From Candidatus Marinacidobacterales bacterium (GTDB lineage: Bacteria > Acidobacteriota > Vicinamibacteria > Marinacidobacterales > DATDRI01): a stretch of 64,000 nt of DNA. Each line of letters begins with the position of its first letter. Positions within the stretch are counted from its first letter, which is position 1. The stretch lies in the NCBI GenBank assembly GCA_965226495.1, contig OZ245365.1:5184001-5248000 (forward strand). Direction: 5' to 3'. The notes under the pieces were generated by a model. That model saw only the letters and a list, made by a program, of their open reading frames with translations, was not told where the DNA came from and ran no database searches. Positions 52,219-61,552 of the stretch are shown piece after piece. A program made the translations under genes and the position numbers.

Positions 52219-53012
52219 GCACGACCTCCGTAAGCACTCAACAGAACCAAGAAAGACAGCATGAAAGCCCCGCGACCCAGGCGAGCACAATCGTTCCTCC
52301 GCCGAAATTGCAGAAAGCTCGTGGCCGCGAGCGCGAGGGCGAGGCCACTGAGAGAGAACAGGACGACGCTAGAGACTTCGTTCGTGAGGGACACCCAGGC
52401 CGCGAGAACCCAGATAGTCAGATCGGCAGCTACGACGACCTTGATCCCCTTGAACTGATGTGTCCTTTTGTCGTGCAGCGGTTCGTAGAGGGCGAACGTG
52501 AAGAACACGAGGGCCAGCGTCCCGAGCAGGAGCTGGTCGACCGGCGCCGACGCGAGTCGCGCACCGACGTACGCAAAGAACGGGTACTTGAGAAGCACGA
52601 TGTGGTACGCCACGGCGCGCGGCGCACGGTCGGCCAGCCAGCGGTACCAGAGGAAAAAGAACAGAAGCGCGACGAGATAAAGGAGCTGCAAATCCCGCTG
52701 TCCCAGTAGAAGGAGCAGAACGACTCCCACCCCAGCAACCCACAACCTGTGAAACGAAGTGAGGGAGCTGACGCGGGAAAGCACGCGCTCGGGAAACGCG
52801 ACACGATCGGTCTTCACGTCACTCAGATCGTCCCAGAGGCGGAACTGAAAGAGGAGAACCACGACCGTAACCAAAGCTCTTGGACGAGCCGCGGCATCGC
52901 CGGCCAAAAGGCTCGGAATCGCGAGAAACAGAGTGACCGGTACGAACAGCGTCAACGGGAACCGCTCGCGGCGGTATCTCAGAATCGACGAATCACTCGA
53001 CCAGATGGACAC
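52215..53012 (-). CDS. UbiA prenyltransferase-family membrane protein
   Basis: FRLWDDLSDVKTDRVAFPERVL (DxxDxxxD...PxR); multiple TM segments. Confidence 0.78.
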   Translation of the reverse strand: MSIWSSDSSILRYRRERFPLTLFVPVTLFLAIPSLLAGDAAARPRALVTVVVLLFQFRLWDDLSDVKTDRVAFPERVLSRVSSLTSFHRLWVAGVGVVLLLLLGQRDLQLLYLVALLFFFLWYRWLADRAPRAVAYHIVLLKYPFFAYVGARLASAPVDQLLLGTLALVFFTFALYEPLHDKRTHQFKGIKVVVAADLTIWVLAAWVSLTNEVSSVVLFSLSGLALALAATSFLQFRRRNDCARLGRGAFMLSFLVLLSAYGGRA

Positions 53013-55539
53013 GACCCAAATCTCCGTCGACCTCGAGCGCGCGACCGTCCGTGATCAGACGCATGGCGTCCTTGACGCCTACGACCGAGGGAATACCGAA
53101 CTCGCGCGCCAGAATCGCTCCGTGGGAGAGGAGCCCACCTCGCTCCAGGACGAGCCCTTTGATGAGAGGAAACGCAGGACCCCAGCCTGGATCCGTTTGC
53201 CGCGTCACGAGGACGTCACCGCCTCGCAAACGCTGGCACTCCGTCACGTCGTGGAGGATCGCAGCCGGTCCTCGCACCTTGCCGGTGCCTGCACCGATAC
53301 CCACGAGAGTCTGCGGGTCTGCGGCGCCCGCGGCCCGAGCCTCCTCATCGAGCCCGTTCTCATCAAGGTGCTCGCCGACGGGCAACACGAAATGCTCCGG
53401 CGGCTCGATGCCGCCGAGCCGCTGGTGCTCGCTCTTGCGCTTAGCGATCTCGGGAAACCTCTCGCCTCCGGAGAGGAAACGATCAAGCTCCTGCCACGTC
53501 AGAAAGAACGCGTCGTCCGGGTGCTTTAACGTGCCCTGTGCGACGAGCTTCTCTCCGATGGCGAGCACAATCCGGCGGCAGCGACTGTACAGAAGTGCCT
53601 GCTTGAGACGGGCCCGTTCGCGTAGCGAGATCGCCCGGTGTGTCCACGAGAGGAGTCGAGGGAAAACCAGGGACTTCTTCAGGCTGAGCTGCGCGCGCAC
53701 GCGCTCGGTCGCCGCGACGCGACGCGACGCCTGGTCAGCTAGCGTCTCGCGCGGTGCGCGCGCCTCCGAGGCGACGTAAGGCTTCAAGAGGTCGAGCAAG
53801 CGCTCGGGGTTTTCCTGAAAGCTGGGCACCGTCATCATCAACTCTCCCGAGCAGCGGAATCCCCAGCGTTCCAGATATGCGTCGACGGTACGGTGAAATG
53901 GAGCGAAACGCTCTTCGTTTTCCAAAGCGCGAAGGATCTCGCCGCTGTCTTTGTTCCGAAACAGCGCCGCGAGCTCCGAATCCTGGCGAACGAGCCGCGA
54001 TAGCTCCCAGAGGTCCAACGCCGGTTGAGCACTGACGACATCGGGAAGCCCCTTCAACAGATCCCCAAGTTGGCGGTCGTCTCCGCCAAGAAGTGATTTG
54101 AGCGCGCCGCTCGTTACCATCGCGGCCGCATCGGCGAGAGATGCCCCGAGCCACCGGAAGCGACGAATTTCGAGAAACGCTCGTAGAGCGCGATGCTGGT
54201 CTCTAAGGGAGCGATCTCCCAGACGATCCGGGTGCCATTCGCTCGCGAAGCGATCAACCGTCATTTCGAACTCGTGGACGCGTCGGTCGAAGCCGACATA
54301 GAGCCAGCTCGTCTTGAGGCAGATCCACGCAAGCTCCATGGCCTGCCGCAATCTCGAATCTTTCTCGACCGAAGTCTCGCCTTCGGCACCATCCCGCCGC
54401 GTACCCACGAACTCGTCGAAAGAGCGGGTCAACCACTCACCGAAAGGAACCGCGCGGAGCACTCGGTGAACGTTTGTGACGTTGTAGTAGATCCGAGCTG
54501 CGTGGACGCCGATGATGTTTCGGAAAGCGCCGTCCGCGGCGTCGAGGCGTCGCTGGGTAATCCCGAATGCACGGCCGAGGTTTCGAAAATAGTGCTCGTA
54601 GCCGACGGCAGCGACGGAGTATAGAAACGGCGTCACTGGTCCGGGGAAATTCTCGTTGATGTTCGCGTTCGACCAGACGACACGCTCTGCTACCCGAGCG
54701 TTTCGAGTTGGAACCGTGATCGGCCTCGACTGCACGAGGTAGACGCGTCCTTCGGGATCGATCGTCCATTCGATGTCCTGAGGTCCACCGAATCGTAGCT
54801 CGAGCTCGAGTCCGAACCTTCCGAGCTCTTCGAGCTGTTTCTCACTAAGGAGTGCGTCACGGTCTTTGCCCGGAGGTTTGGTCATCCGAAGGCAGCTCAG
54901 GTCCTGCCGCCTCAACGAGAAACGACCCGGGTCGGCGCGGCCCGACACCAGAGCCTCACCGGCACCGTAAACGTATTCACCGAGGAGCTCTTCCGATGCC
55001 GAGGGCGCTCTCGTGAACAAGACGCCGGAGATCGACGCGTCAATTTGTTGCTGGACAATGACGCCCACGCCTCGCAGTCGCGCGCCGCGCGCGAGCTGGT
55101 AGGAAAGCGAGCGCTCCGACCAGGCGGACGCCCAACATGCTTTGAGCGCTTGCTCGAGTCCGTCCGCGCTCACGACGTCGGGAAACGAGTCAAGGAGGCC
55201 GGCGTAGGACGACTCGCTCCCGTCCTCGCCGACCCCGGAGCTTCGTACGATGACTCTCTGCCCCTCGAGATGCTCTTCCCAGAACCGGACGAGCTCCTCG
55301 CGCAGCGCGAGCGGCAGCCTCGAGCCGAGAAGGACCTCTCGAATCTCGGCCCCGTTCGCTACCGAATCGAGCGATCTCTCCAGCATGAATGCCTCGAGCA
55401 CTTCGTGAGGTACGACGAATCCCGGAGGCACTGGCAAGCCTTCGCCCAACATTCGAGAAAGGCGGGCCGCCTTTCCGCCCACGCGCTCGACATCGCATGC
55501 GTCCGAGAGCGGAAGAAGTCCCGCGACGCTCAAGCCCAC
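52993..55539 (-). CDS. PEP-synthase/rifampin-phosphotransferase-like dikinase (ATP-grasp, central domain, phospho-His swivel)
   Basis: VGGKA, VRSSGVGED, PQDIEW, QSRPIT, TDPGW, GGLLSHGAILAREFGIP. Confidence 0.92.
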   Translation of the reverse strand: MGLSVAGLLPLSDACDVERVGGKAARLSRMLGEGLPVPPGFVVPHEVLEAFMLERSLDSVANGAEIREVLLGSRLPLALREELVRFWEEHLEGQRVIVRSSGVGEDGSESSYAGLLDSFPDVVSADGLEQALKACWASAWSERSLSYQLARGARLRGVGVIVQQQIDASISGVLFTRAPSASEELLGEYVYGAGEALVSGRADPGRFSLRRQDLSCLRMTKPPGKDRDALLSEKQLEELGRFGLELELRFGGPQDIEWTIDPEGRVYLVQSRPITVPTRNARVAERVVWSNANINENFPGPVTPFLYSVAAVGYEHYFRNLGRAFGITQRRLDAADGAFRNIIGVHAARIYYNVTNVHRVLRAVPFGEWLTRSFDEFVGTRRDGAEGETSVEKDSRLRQAMELAWICLKTSWLYVGFDRRVHEFEMTVDRFASEWHPDRLGDRSLRDQHRALRAFLEIRRFRWLGASLADAAAMVTSGALKSLLGGDDRQLGDLLKGLPDVVSAQPALDLWELSRLVRQDSELAALFRNKDSGEILRALENEERFAPFHRTVDAYLERWGFRCSGELMMTVPSFQENPERLLDLLKPYVASEARAPRETLADQASRRVAATERVRAQLSLKKSLVFPRLLSWTHRAISLRERARLKQALLYSRCRRIVLAIGEKLVAQGTLKHPDDAFFLTWQELDRFLSGGERFPEIAKRKSEHQRLGGIEPPEHFVLPVGEHLDENGLDEEARAAGAADPQTLVGIGAGTGKVRGPAAILHDVTECQRLRGGDVLVTRQTDPGWGPAFPLIKGLVLERGGLLSHGAILAREFGIPSVVGVKDAMRLITDGRALEVDGDLGRVHLVE

Positions 55540-56114
55540 CGCCGCTTCACACCCATCGAGAACAACGCCGCGCTAAACAAGAGATGAATCCCGGGACCGA
55601 TGAGAAGGACGAACAACCACATCTTCCAGGGCGTGGGAACCACGAAGCTCATCACCACCAGCATTCCCACGATCGAGTCCAACCGGTCGCCAAAAAAGCA
55701 AACGAGTCGGGCCAGACGGCTGCGCGGTGCACAGCCCGGTGGCACGCTGAGCTGTCGTTTCAGGAAGGAGTTGGGCATTTCCCCGAGCATGAAGCCGAAG
55801 CTCGCGAGCCCTCCAAGAGCAAAGAACTGGAAACCGGTGAGCGGCCAAATGCCGTCGGTCCACGTGGGATGCAAGGTAGCGAGCAAGTGATGGAGGCCTG
55901 CGAACGCGAGGGCCGCCGCGGGCACCATGACGATGAAGCCTCGGGGCGTTTTATTGTCGCCGAAGATACGCTTTCCGCGAAAGCTTCGTCCGCCGTCGAG
56001 CGGCGTCGTGAAACGCCGCGACAATGCCGTTCTCAGCCAGATTGTTTGAACAATGCCGGCAAGCGTGAAAGCGACGACGACAAAGAGCGCGCACGAGAGC
56101 GGGTCGAGATGCAT
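55530..56114 (-). CDS. CDP-archaeol synthase (CarS)-like cytidylyltransferase
   Basis: PLDGGRSFRGKRIFGDNKTPRGF and GEMPNSFLKRQLSVPPG...DRLDS; start overlaps the desaturase stop (TGATG). Confidence 0.85.
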   Translation of the reverse strand: MHLDPLSCALFVVVAFTLAGIVQTIWLRTALSRRFTTPLDGGRSFRGKRIFGDNKTPRGFIVMVPAAALAFAGLHHLLATLHPTWTDGIWPLTGFQFFALGGLASFGFMLGEMPNSFLKRQLSVPPGCAPRSRLARLVCFFGDRLDSIVGMLVVMSFVVPTPWKMWLFVLLIGPGIHLLFSAALFSMGVKRRWA

Positions 56115-57076
56115 CACACCTCGGAGCTGGACTGGGTTCGATTCTGGAACATGAAGACTTCTGCGGGTAGCCGTCGGGCGGCGAGAATCCAGCGCCACCA
56201 GACGGCAATATTCTTGGGCTGGTAGTCGACACGGGAAAGGAAGTAGCCTGGAATCTGTGGATGGATGTGGTGAAGCTCGTGCGCGTCTACGTTGGCCAGA
56301 ATCCATTGCGAGAACCAACGCGGGAAGCGAAGTGAGCGCGTGAACACCTCCTGCTCGCGAGCCGAGAAAGGTCGGACCGATTCGTTGCCGCTGACCTTCA
56401 TCGGAACGTGGGTGTGCTGACTCAGAATGAGGGAGTCGATAAAAACCATACTCAGCAGAACTCCGACGCCGAGACTGCGCAGCAAGGTCGAGAACCCAAA
56501 GGCGTAGATGACGCCCACATAAAGGGCGGCAAGTCCCAGAATGTTCACCGCGATGCGCTTTCGAAGGGGAGAAGCGGGAAAGAGTTTTTGCAGCCGCGGC
56601 CAGTTCCAGAAGTTATTGATGCGGTAGACGAGAACGAAGATGGGAATCCAGAATCGCCAGCAAACGTTCATCAACACACGTTCTGCACGAGAGAGCTCTC
56701 GCGGCACGAGCGTCGCCGTCGTGGGATCCAGATCCTGCCAACCAGTCCAGTGGTGATGCTGGTTGTGGATGGCCGTCCAGGCGTGAAAAGGGATGAAGCT
56801 GAAAACGCCCGCGATTTGGCCCGCGAGGTGGTTCCACCGAGGGGTTCGAAAGAGAATTCCATGCCCGCATTCGTGGAGGAGCACAAACCACTGCACGAGC
56901 GCAAGAGCCAGGAGAGCTTGCCCGACGACCCAAGCAATGGGATGGGGGCGCCCTGCGAGGGCGATTCCGGCAACCGTTAACAGGAGGCAACCGAAGAAGT
57001 AGAGTCCTCCGAACGTGTCGCGAGGCCGGAGGTGGATGACCTCGGCAGGTAGCGGGGCGTTCAATTCCAATGACAT
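56114..57076 (-). CDS. Membrane fatty-acid desaturase-family protein
   Basis: His boxes HECGH, HNQHH, HELHH; AAGGAG RBS. Confidence 0.92.
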   Translation of the reverse strand: MSLELNAPLPAEVIHLRPRDTFGGLYFFGCLLLTVAGIALAGRPHPIAWVVGQALLALALVQWFVLLHECGHGILFRTPRWNHLAGQIAGVFSFIPFHAWTAIHNQHHHWTGWQDLDPTTATLVPRELSRAERVLMNVCWRFWIPIFVLVYRINNFWNWPRLQKLFPASPLRKRIAVNILGLAALYVGVIYAFGFSTLLRSLGVGVLLSMVFIDSLILSQHTHVPMKVSGNESVRPFSAREQEVFTRSLRFPRWFSQWILANVDAHELHHIHPQIPGYFLSRVDYQPKNIAVWWRWILAARRLPAEVFMFQNRTQSSSEV

Positions 57077-57123
57077 CAGCGATGCCTCTCCTTCGAAACT
57101 TACTACCTTCCCCTTGGGGAATG

Positions 57124-57153
57124 GGTTTACACTGAGAGGCTTGCGCGTGTCAA
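57124..57153 (-). promoter_or_regulatory. Possible promoter of the lipid operon
   Basis: TTGACA-N18-TAAACC upstream of the desaturase. Confidence 0.4.
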
Positions 57154-57170
57154 CACCGTGAAACGAATGG

Positions 57171-58229
57171 CTAAGGGATCTCGCAGAGCAGGATGTGCTC
57201 TTCGTAAACGGAGCCGATCAAGAGCCACTTCTCATAGACGGCAGCGACGCTCGACGTGGACAAATCGTCGCCCAGGCTCAGGAACTCTTCTCGAAATGCG
57301 CCAGACGTTGGATCGAAAGAGAGGACTTGTGACGGCGAGAAGCTCTTGGCGTCGCGGGCGTTCTTCAAAAACGCAAGCATTTGCGGATGAGCGCCGATCC
57401 AGACCGTGCCGTCGCTTGCGACCTCGAGATTATCCACGCCGGTTCCCGTATCGTAGCTTTCTCGAAAGGACAACGAGCCCGTGTCGGGATCCCGGTCGTA
57501 CCAAAGGACGGCGCGCCCGGTCGTCGATGCGACGTAGACGGAGAGGCCGTCCGGCGAGATCGTGATTCCGTTGGGGTAGGCGACGTTTTCGGCCACGACG
57601 CGGAACGCGTTCCCGTCGTAATAGACGATGTCGGATTCGGCGCGTCTCAGGAACTCCTCGGCTGTTCGTCGAAAGCCGTTTTGATAGCGATGATCGTTCG
57701 TGGCGTAGAACTGTCTCGGACCCACCGCAAGGATATCGTTCGGACTCCGCAGGTGGTCGTCGGTCAGGGTCTCGCGATGCAGGAGCGAACCCTCTCGAAC
57801 GTCGAAGACCTCGATCGCGTGGCTCCCCCTGGGATGGCTGACGGCAAAGAGCGCCTCCTGGCCCTCCGGGCCTCGAAAGAGGCTCAGGCCGTGCGGTTGA
57901 AACTCGATATCGAGCTCGCCGGTCAGCTTCTTTGGTTTGGGCTCCGCGCTTCCGAGCTCGAGCGCGTAAATCGCTCCTCGCACCCGCTGTCCCGTTCGCT
58001 GCGCCCGCCGATCCGTCGACGAGATGAACGCAATCCCAGTCTCCGGATGCACGGTAATGTCTTCCGGTCCCGGCATGCCGCCGACGGGCCGGCAGCTGCC
58101 CTCGAAGTGAGGCTCGATCGTCTTGAAATGCCCGGCTGCCTGGAGAGCGTCGAACGCGAACCACGCGAGAATCCCGAGCAACACGAACGCGACGAGCGCT
58201 AGCTTCCTCATCGATTCAGCGGATAACAT
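57171..58229 (-). CDS. Paraoxonase/arylesterase-like beta-propeller hydrolase (SMP-30 superfamily)
   Basis: GPEDI, FQPHGLS, SPNDI, FYATNDH, YPNGI, GVDNL, GAHP; N-terminal anchor. Confidence 0.88.
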   Translation of the reverse strand: MLSAESMRKLALVAFVLLGILAWFAFDALQAAGHFKTIEPHFEGSCRPVGGMPGPEDITVHPETGIAFISSTDRRAQRTGQRVRGAIYALELGSAEPKPKKLTGELDIEFQPHGLSLFRGPEGQEALFAVSHPRGSHAIEVFDVREGSLLHRETLTDDHLRSPNDILAVGPRQFYATNDHRYQNGFRRTAEEFLRRAESDIVYYDGNAFRVVAENVAYPNGITISPDGLSVYVASTTGRAVLWYDRDPDTGSLSFRESYDTGTGVDNLEVASDGTVWIGAHPQMLAFLKNARDAKSFSPSQVLSFDPTSGAFREEFLSLGDDLSTSSVAAVYEKWLLIGSVYEEHILLCEIP

Positions 58230-58296
58230 ACTACAAGTGCGCCGATGGACCAGCCTACCTAGCTCAGTCTCCTGCCGCCTTCAACCATCGCACACT

Positions 58297-59100
58297 CGCC
58301 ATGGGACACGTCCGCTACTCGACCGCCGGGGAGAACTCGGGCGTCAATGTTCAGCCGTTACTCATCGATTGCAAGTTCGGCGAGATCGCCGTCTGCCACA
58401 ATGGGAATCTGGTCAATGATCAGGTCCTCAGAAAAGACCTGGTGGATCGTGGATCCATCTTTCGCACCAACAGCGATCCGCGCGGATTCCGCCCGCTCGT
58501 TATCGGAAAGCTCGGCGATAGCTACGTTTTTTGCTCCGAGACCTGTGCCTTGGATCTGATCGACGCGACCTATGTTAGGGAGGTCGAACCGGGGGAGCTA
58601 GTGGTCATCGACAAAAACGGACTCCGATCGATAACCACTACGTGGGTCGCACATTCATCGAACCACATCAATCGATTCGGCATTTCGGCGTGAAAGTGAA
58701 GCTCAACCCCGTGCGCTCTGTGCTCGAAGGACGGAGGGTGGTGTTGATCGACGACTCCATCGTGCGCGGAACCACCAGCCAGAAGATCGTCGGCATGGTA
58801 CGGAACGCCGGCGCCCGAGAAATCCACCTTCGCGTATCCTCCCCGCCCACCACCGGTCCCTGCTACTACGGCATCGACACCCCAGAGAAGAAGGACCTTA
58901 TTGCCGCCACTCATTCCGTCGAGGAGATCCAAGAGTTCCTAAGCGCCGACAGCCTCGCCTACCTCTCCCACGGCGCGCTCATGGCTTCGGTCCAAAACGG
59001 AGCGGATCAATTCTGCTCGGCGTGTTTCAACGGCAACTATCCAGTCCCGCTTACTGACGAAGCCCTCGGGCAACGAAAGCTCTTCGAGAAGACTCGCTAG
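58297..59100 (+). pseudogene. purF: purF copy 2, 5'-truncated with two internal deletions
   Basis: Matches 43972..45154; lacks 138 nt (junction near 58473) and 241 nt (junction 58632/58633). Confidence 0.93.
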
Positions 59101-59164
59101 GCGTCTATGCTCGTCCCACTCATCGGGGCGCGTTTGCGTCACCGCGACATCATCGGCAGACTCG
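59101..59164 (+). repeat. 64-bp tail shared by purF copies 2 and 3
   Basis: Near-identical to 61553..61616 (2 mismatches seen); absent after the intact purF. Confidence 0.9.
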
Positions 59165-59282
59165 CGCAGCACAGCTTTCGTCATCCCTGGAGCAGGCACC
59201 AGAATCGGGCCTGAACGAGCCTAGAGGGCTTGCTCCGGTGAGGCTTTGCCGGCCCGATCTCGTCACCAGCTTGTATGGAGCC

Positions 59283-59313
59283 AGCCTTCGCCGAAGGCTA
59301 CGGCTCGGCAGGC
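59283..59313. repeat. REP-like palindromic element
   Basis: Hairpin agccttcg-c-cgaaggct followed by acggctcggcaggc. Confidence 0.45.
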
Positions 59314-59480
59314 CTGGTGGGGGCCGGAACAGGTGCAGGCATACCCGCTGTCTATCGACCACGCGAGCCGAAGTGTCCTTCATACTGCACCTTCCCTCGA
59401 TTCCGCTGGTAATTCGGTCAAACCGAAGCTGAGCCGTCCTCCAAACCCGTTGAATCCACACAGATTCTCCAGCCTTTGCG

Positions 59481-59567
59481 GCGTCCGCGGGCGGCGACTT
59501 CGAGGCCCTCAATGAGCTCGACTTGACCGCTAACGAATTCAACTTCGGCATCGTCTTCCGCTTCTGA
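59481..59567 (+). pseudogene. C-terminal remnant of an outer-membrane beta-barrel gene
   Basis: ASAGGDFEALNELDLTANEFNFGIVFRF-stop; resembles the end of 24717..25469, terminal Phe. Confidence 0.55.
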
Positions 59568-59625
59568 GCGGGCGGCACACAACTATCGCCACCGCACGGC
59601 AGCCGTCGTCATCACCGGCTTGATC

Positions 59626-60141
59626 TCATTCAAACAATTGTTCGATCTTCTTCATCGGCATGAATAGCCTCGACGGCTGCTGGGGAAACGCCTGAAATTC
59701 GTAAGATTGATAAAAGCCAGCGGCGCCTCCTTTGGCGTCAACGACGACCGCATACGAAGCGATTTCCTTTGAGAGCTCCAAGCTTCGCCGAAGGGCATCC
59801 ATTAGAAGATGTTCGCCCAAACGTTGGCCGCGGTAGTTCTGATCGGTGGCCAGTCGACCTAGAAGGGTTGCTGGAACAAAAGGGTATTTGGGAAGCTTCC
59901 GAGCAATGTTATCGGGCAGATCGCTGAGTGCGATGGAAAACGATGAGAGCGTATAGTAGCCGACGACGCGGTGATCGACACCGGCGAGCACGAACGGCGC
60001 CGCGATGCGGTTTCTAGCATCCTGGCTAGCGCGCTGTTTGAGATAGAGGTCAAGCGCTGCGACGCCGCAAGCAAAAGACGCTCTCTCATGGTGTTTTGCA
60101 AGTGGCTCTATGGCGAATTCGTGCTCATCTGATGGCGACAA
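59626..60141 (-). CDS. GNAT acetyltransferase toxin (AtaT/TacT-like)
   Basis: FACGVAALDLYL, VVGYYTLS, PATLLGRLA, RGQRLG, VVDAK. Confidence 0.92.
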   Translation of the reverse strand: MSPSDEHEFAIEPLAKHHERASFACGVAALDLYLKQRASQDARNRIAAPFVLAGVDHRVVGYYTLSSFSIALSDLPDNIARKLPKYPFVPATLLGRLATDQNYRGQRLGEHLLMDALRRSLELSKEIASYAVVVDAKGGAAGFYQSYEFQAFPQQPSRLFMPMKKIEQLFE

Positions 60142-60429
60142 TTACGCACTCGTGCGTTCCTTGTAACGCCGTGCGGCCGCCTTCAGCTTTGTCCCAGGTG
60201 TAGCATTGGACAATAACGCTGTCACGAAAACCTCACTGTCCCGTACGCCCAAGCGGAAAGCCTCATGCTCTTGAATGACTCCCATGGCAGCATTTCGCAC
60301 GCTCGCGATCACGAAATCCGTTAGCGAACGACCTTCTAAGGCAGCGGCTTTTTCAAACAGTTCCTTTTGAGCACGCGTGGTCCTCGCCTCTAGTCGTGCG
60401 CTCTTCGTTTCTGAGCTCGTCGTCGGCAT
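60142..60429 (-). CDS. DUF1778 ribbon-helix-helix antitoxin
   Basis: ARLEAR...KELFEKAAALEGRSLTDFV; abuts the toxin. Confidence 0.92.
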   Translation of the reverse strand: MPTTSSETKSARLEARTTRAQKELFEKAAALEGRSLTDFVIASVRNAAMGVIQEHEAFRLGVRDSEVFVTALLSNATPGTKLKAAARRYKERTSA

Positions 60430-60457
60430 CTCTCTACCCCCCTGACTTCATTTGTTC

Positions 60458-60486
60458 ATTGTACGGCATATTGCCGTACATGTCAA
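60458..60486 (-). promoter_or_regulatory. Promoter with palindromic operator of the GNAT toxin-antitoxin module
   Basis: TTGACA-N17-TACAAT; perfect inverted repeat tgtacggca-tat-tgccgtaca at 60460..60480. Confidence 0.88.
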
Positions 60487-60652
60487 GGGTGGGTTCACGC
60501 AAGCGCCTTGGGTGCTATGAGGCGTCACAACTCTGTTAAAATTCAAGGTGGTAGAGCGTTTACTTCCTTCACCATTGGGCGTTTTTGGCGAGCTGTCTCG
60601 GACCGCCTATGACGGTAAAAGAGCTGATATGGCGGCCGCGTTCGAGGACGAC

Positions 60653-61552
60653 TCCATTAGAAGGAGCCTTCAGCCTGCTCTTCCTCACCAAGGACGCTCT
60701 CTACGGCGTTCGCGACCCGCGAGGATTCCGCCCCCTCGTTATCGGAAAGCTCGGCGATAGCTACGTTCTGTGCTCCGAGACCTGTGCCTTGGATCTGATC
60801 GACGCGACCTACGTCAGGGAGGTGGAGCCTGGGGAGATCGTGGTCATCGACAAGAACGGACTCCGATCGATCCGCCCATTCGCCACCGAACAACCCCGCC
60901 AGTGCGTCTTCGAGCACGTCTATTTCTCCCGGCCCGATAGCGTCGTCTTCGGCCGAAGTGTCCACGTCTCCCGTATCGAGATGGGAAAACGCTTGGCACA
61001 AGAAACTGCGGTGGATGCCGATGTCGTGGTGCCGGTGCCGGACTCCGGTATGTTCGCGGCGGTGGGCTACTCGATGGCCTCGGGCATTCCTCTCGAGTTC
61101 GGACTCATCCGCAACCACTACGTGGGTCGCACATTCATCGAACCACATCAATCGATTCGGCATTTCGGCGTGAAAGTGAAGCTCAACCCCGTCCGCTCGG
61201 TGCTCGAGGGACGGAGGGTGGTGCTGATCGACGACTCCATCGTGCGGGGAACCACCAGCCAGAAGATCGTCGGCATGGTACGAAACGCCGGCGCTCGAGA
61301 AGTCCATCTCCGTGCTACTACGGAATCGACACCCCGGAGAAGAAAGACCTCATTGCCTCCTCTCATTCCGTCGAGGAGATCCAAAAATTCCTCGGCGCCG
61401 ACAGCCTCAGCTATCTCTCCCACCGCTCGCTCATGGCCTCGGTCCAAAACGGAGCGGATCAATTCTGCTCCGCCTGTTTCAACGGCAACTACCCGGTTCC
61501 GCTTACCGACGAAGCCCTCGGGCAAAGAAAGCTCTTCGAGAAGACTCGCTAG
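60653..61552 (+). pseudogene. purF: purF copy 3, 5'-truncated with a 28-nt deletion
   Basis: Matches 44227..45154; deletion junction 61314/61315 at a shared TG. Confidence 0.93.

Noticed and set aside
52993-55539. Housekeeping PEP synthase (ppsA) or a rifampin-resistance call
   Set aside because: Lacks the C-terminal PEP-binding barrel of PpsA; operon context is biosynthetic and rifampin specificity cannot be read from the sequence
56115-56318. N-terminal extension of the CarS-like ORF
   Set aside because: Lies within the desaturase; the coupled start at 56114 fits family size
59107-59164. The purF tail as a decayed kinase start ([15 protein letters not shown])
   Set aside because: Only a loose resemblance over 15 residues, with no glycine-rich loop following
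43972-61552. purF repeats as DGR template/variable regions or as functional isoenzymes
   Set aside because: Substitutions are mostly synonymous and not adenine-restricted; copies 2 and 3 lack the catalytic N-terminal Cys and carry frameshifting deletions
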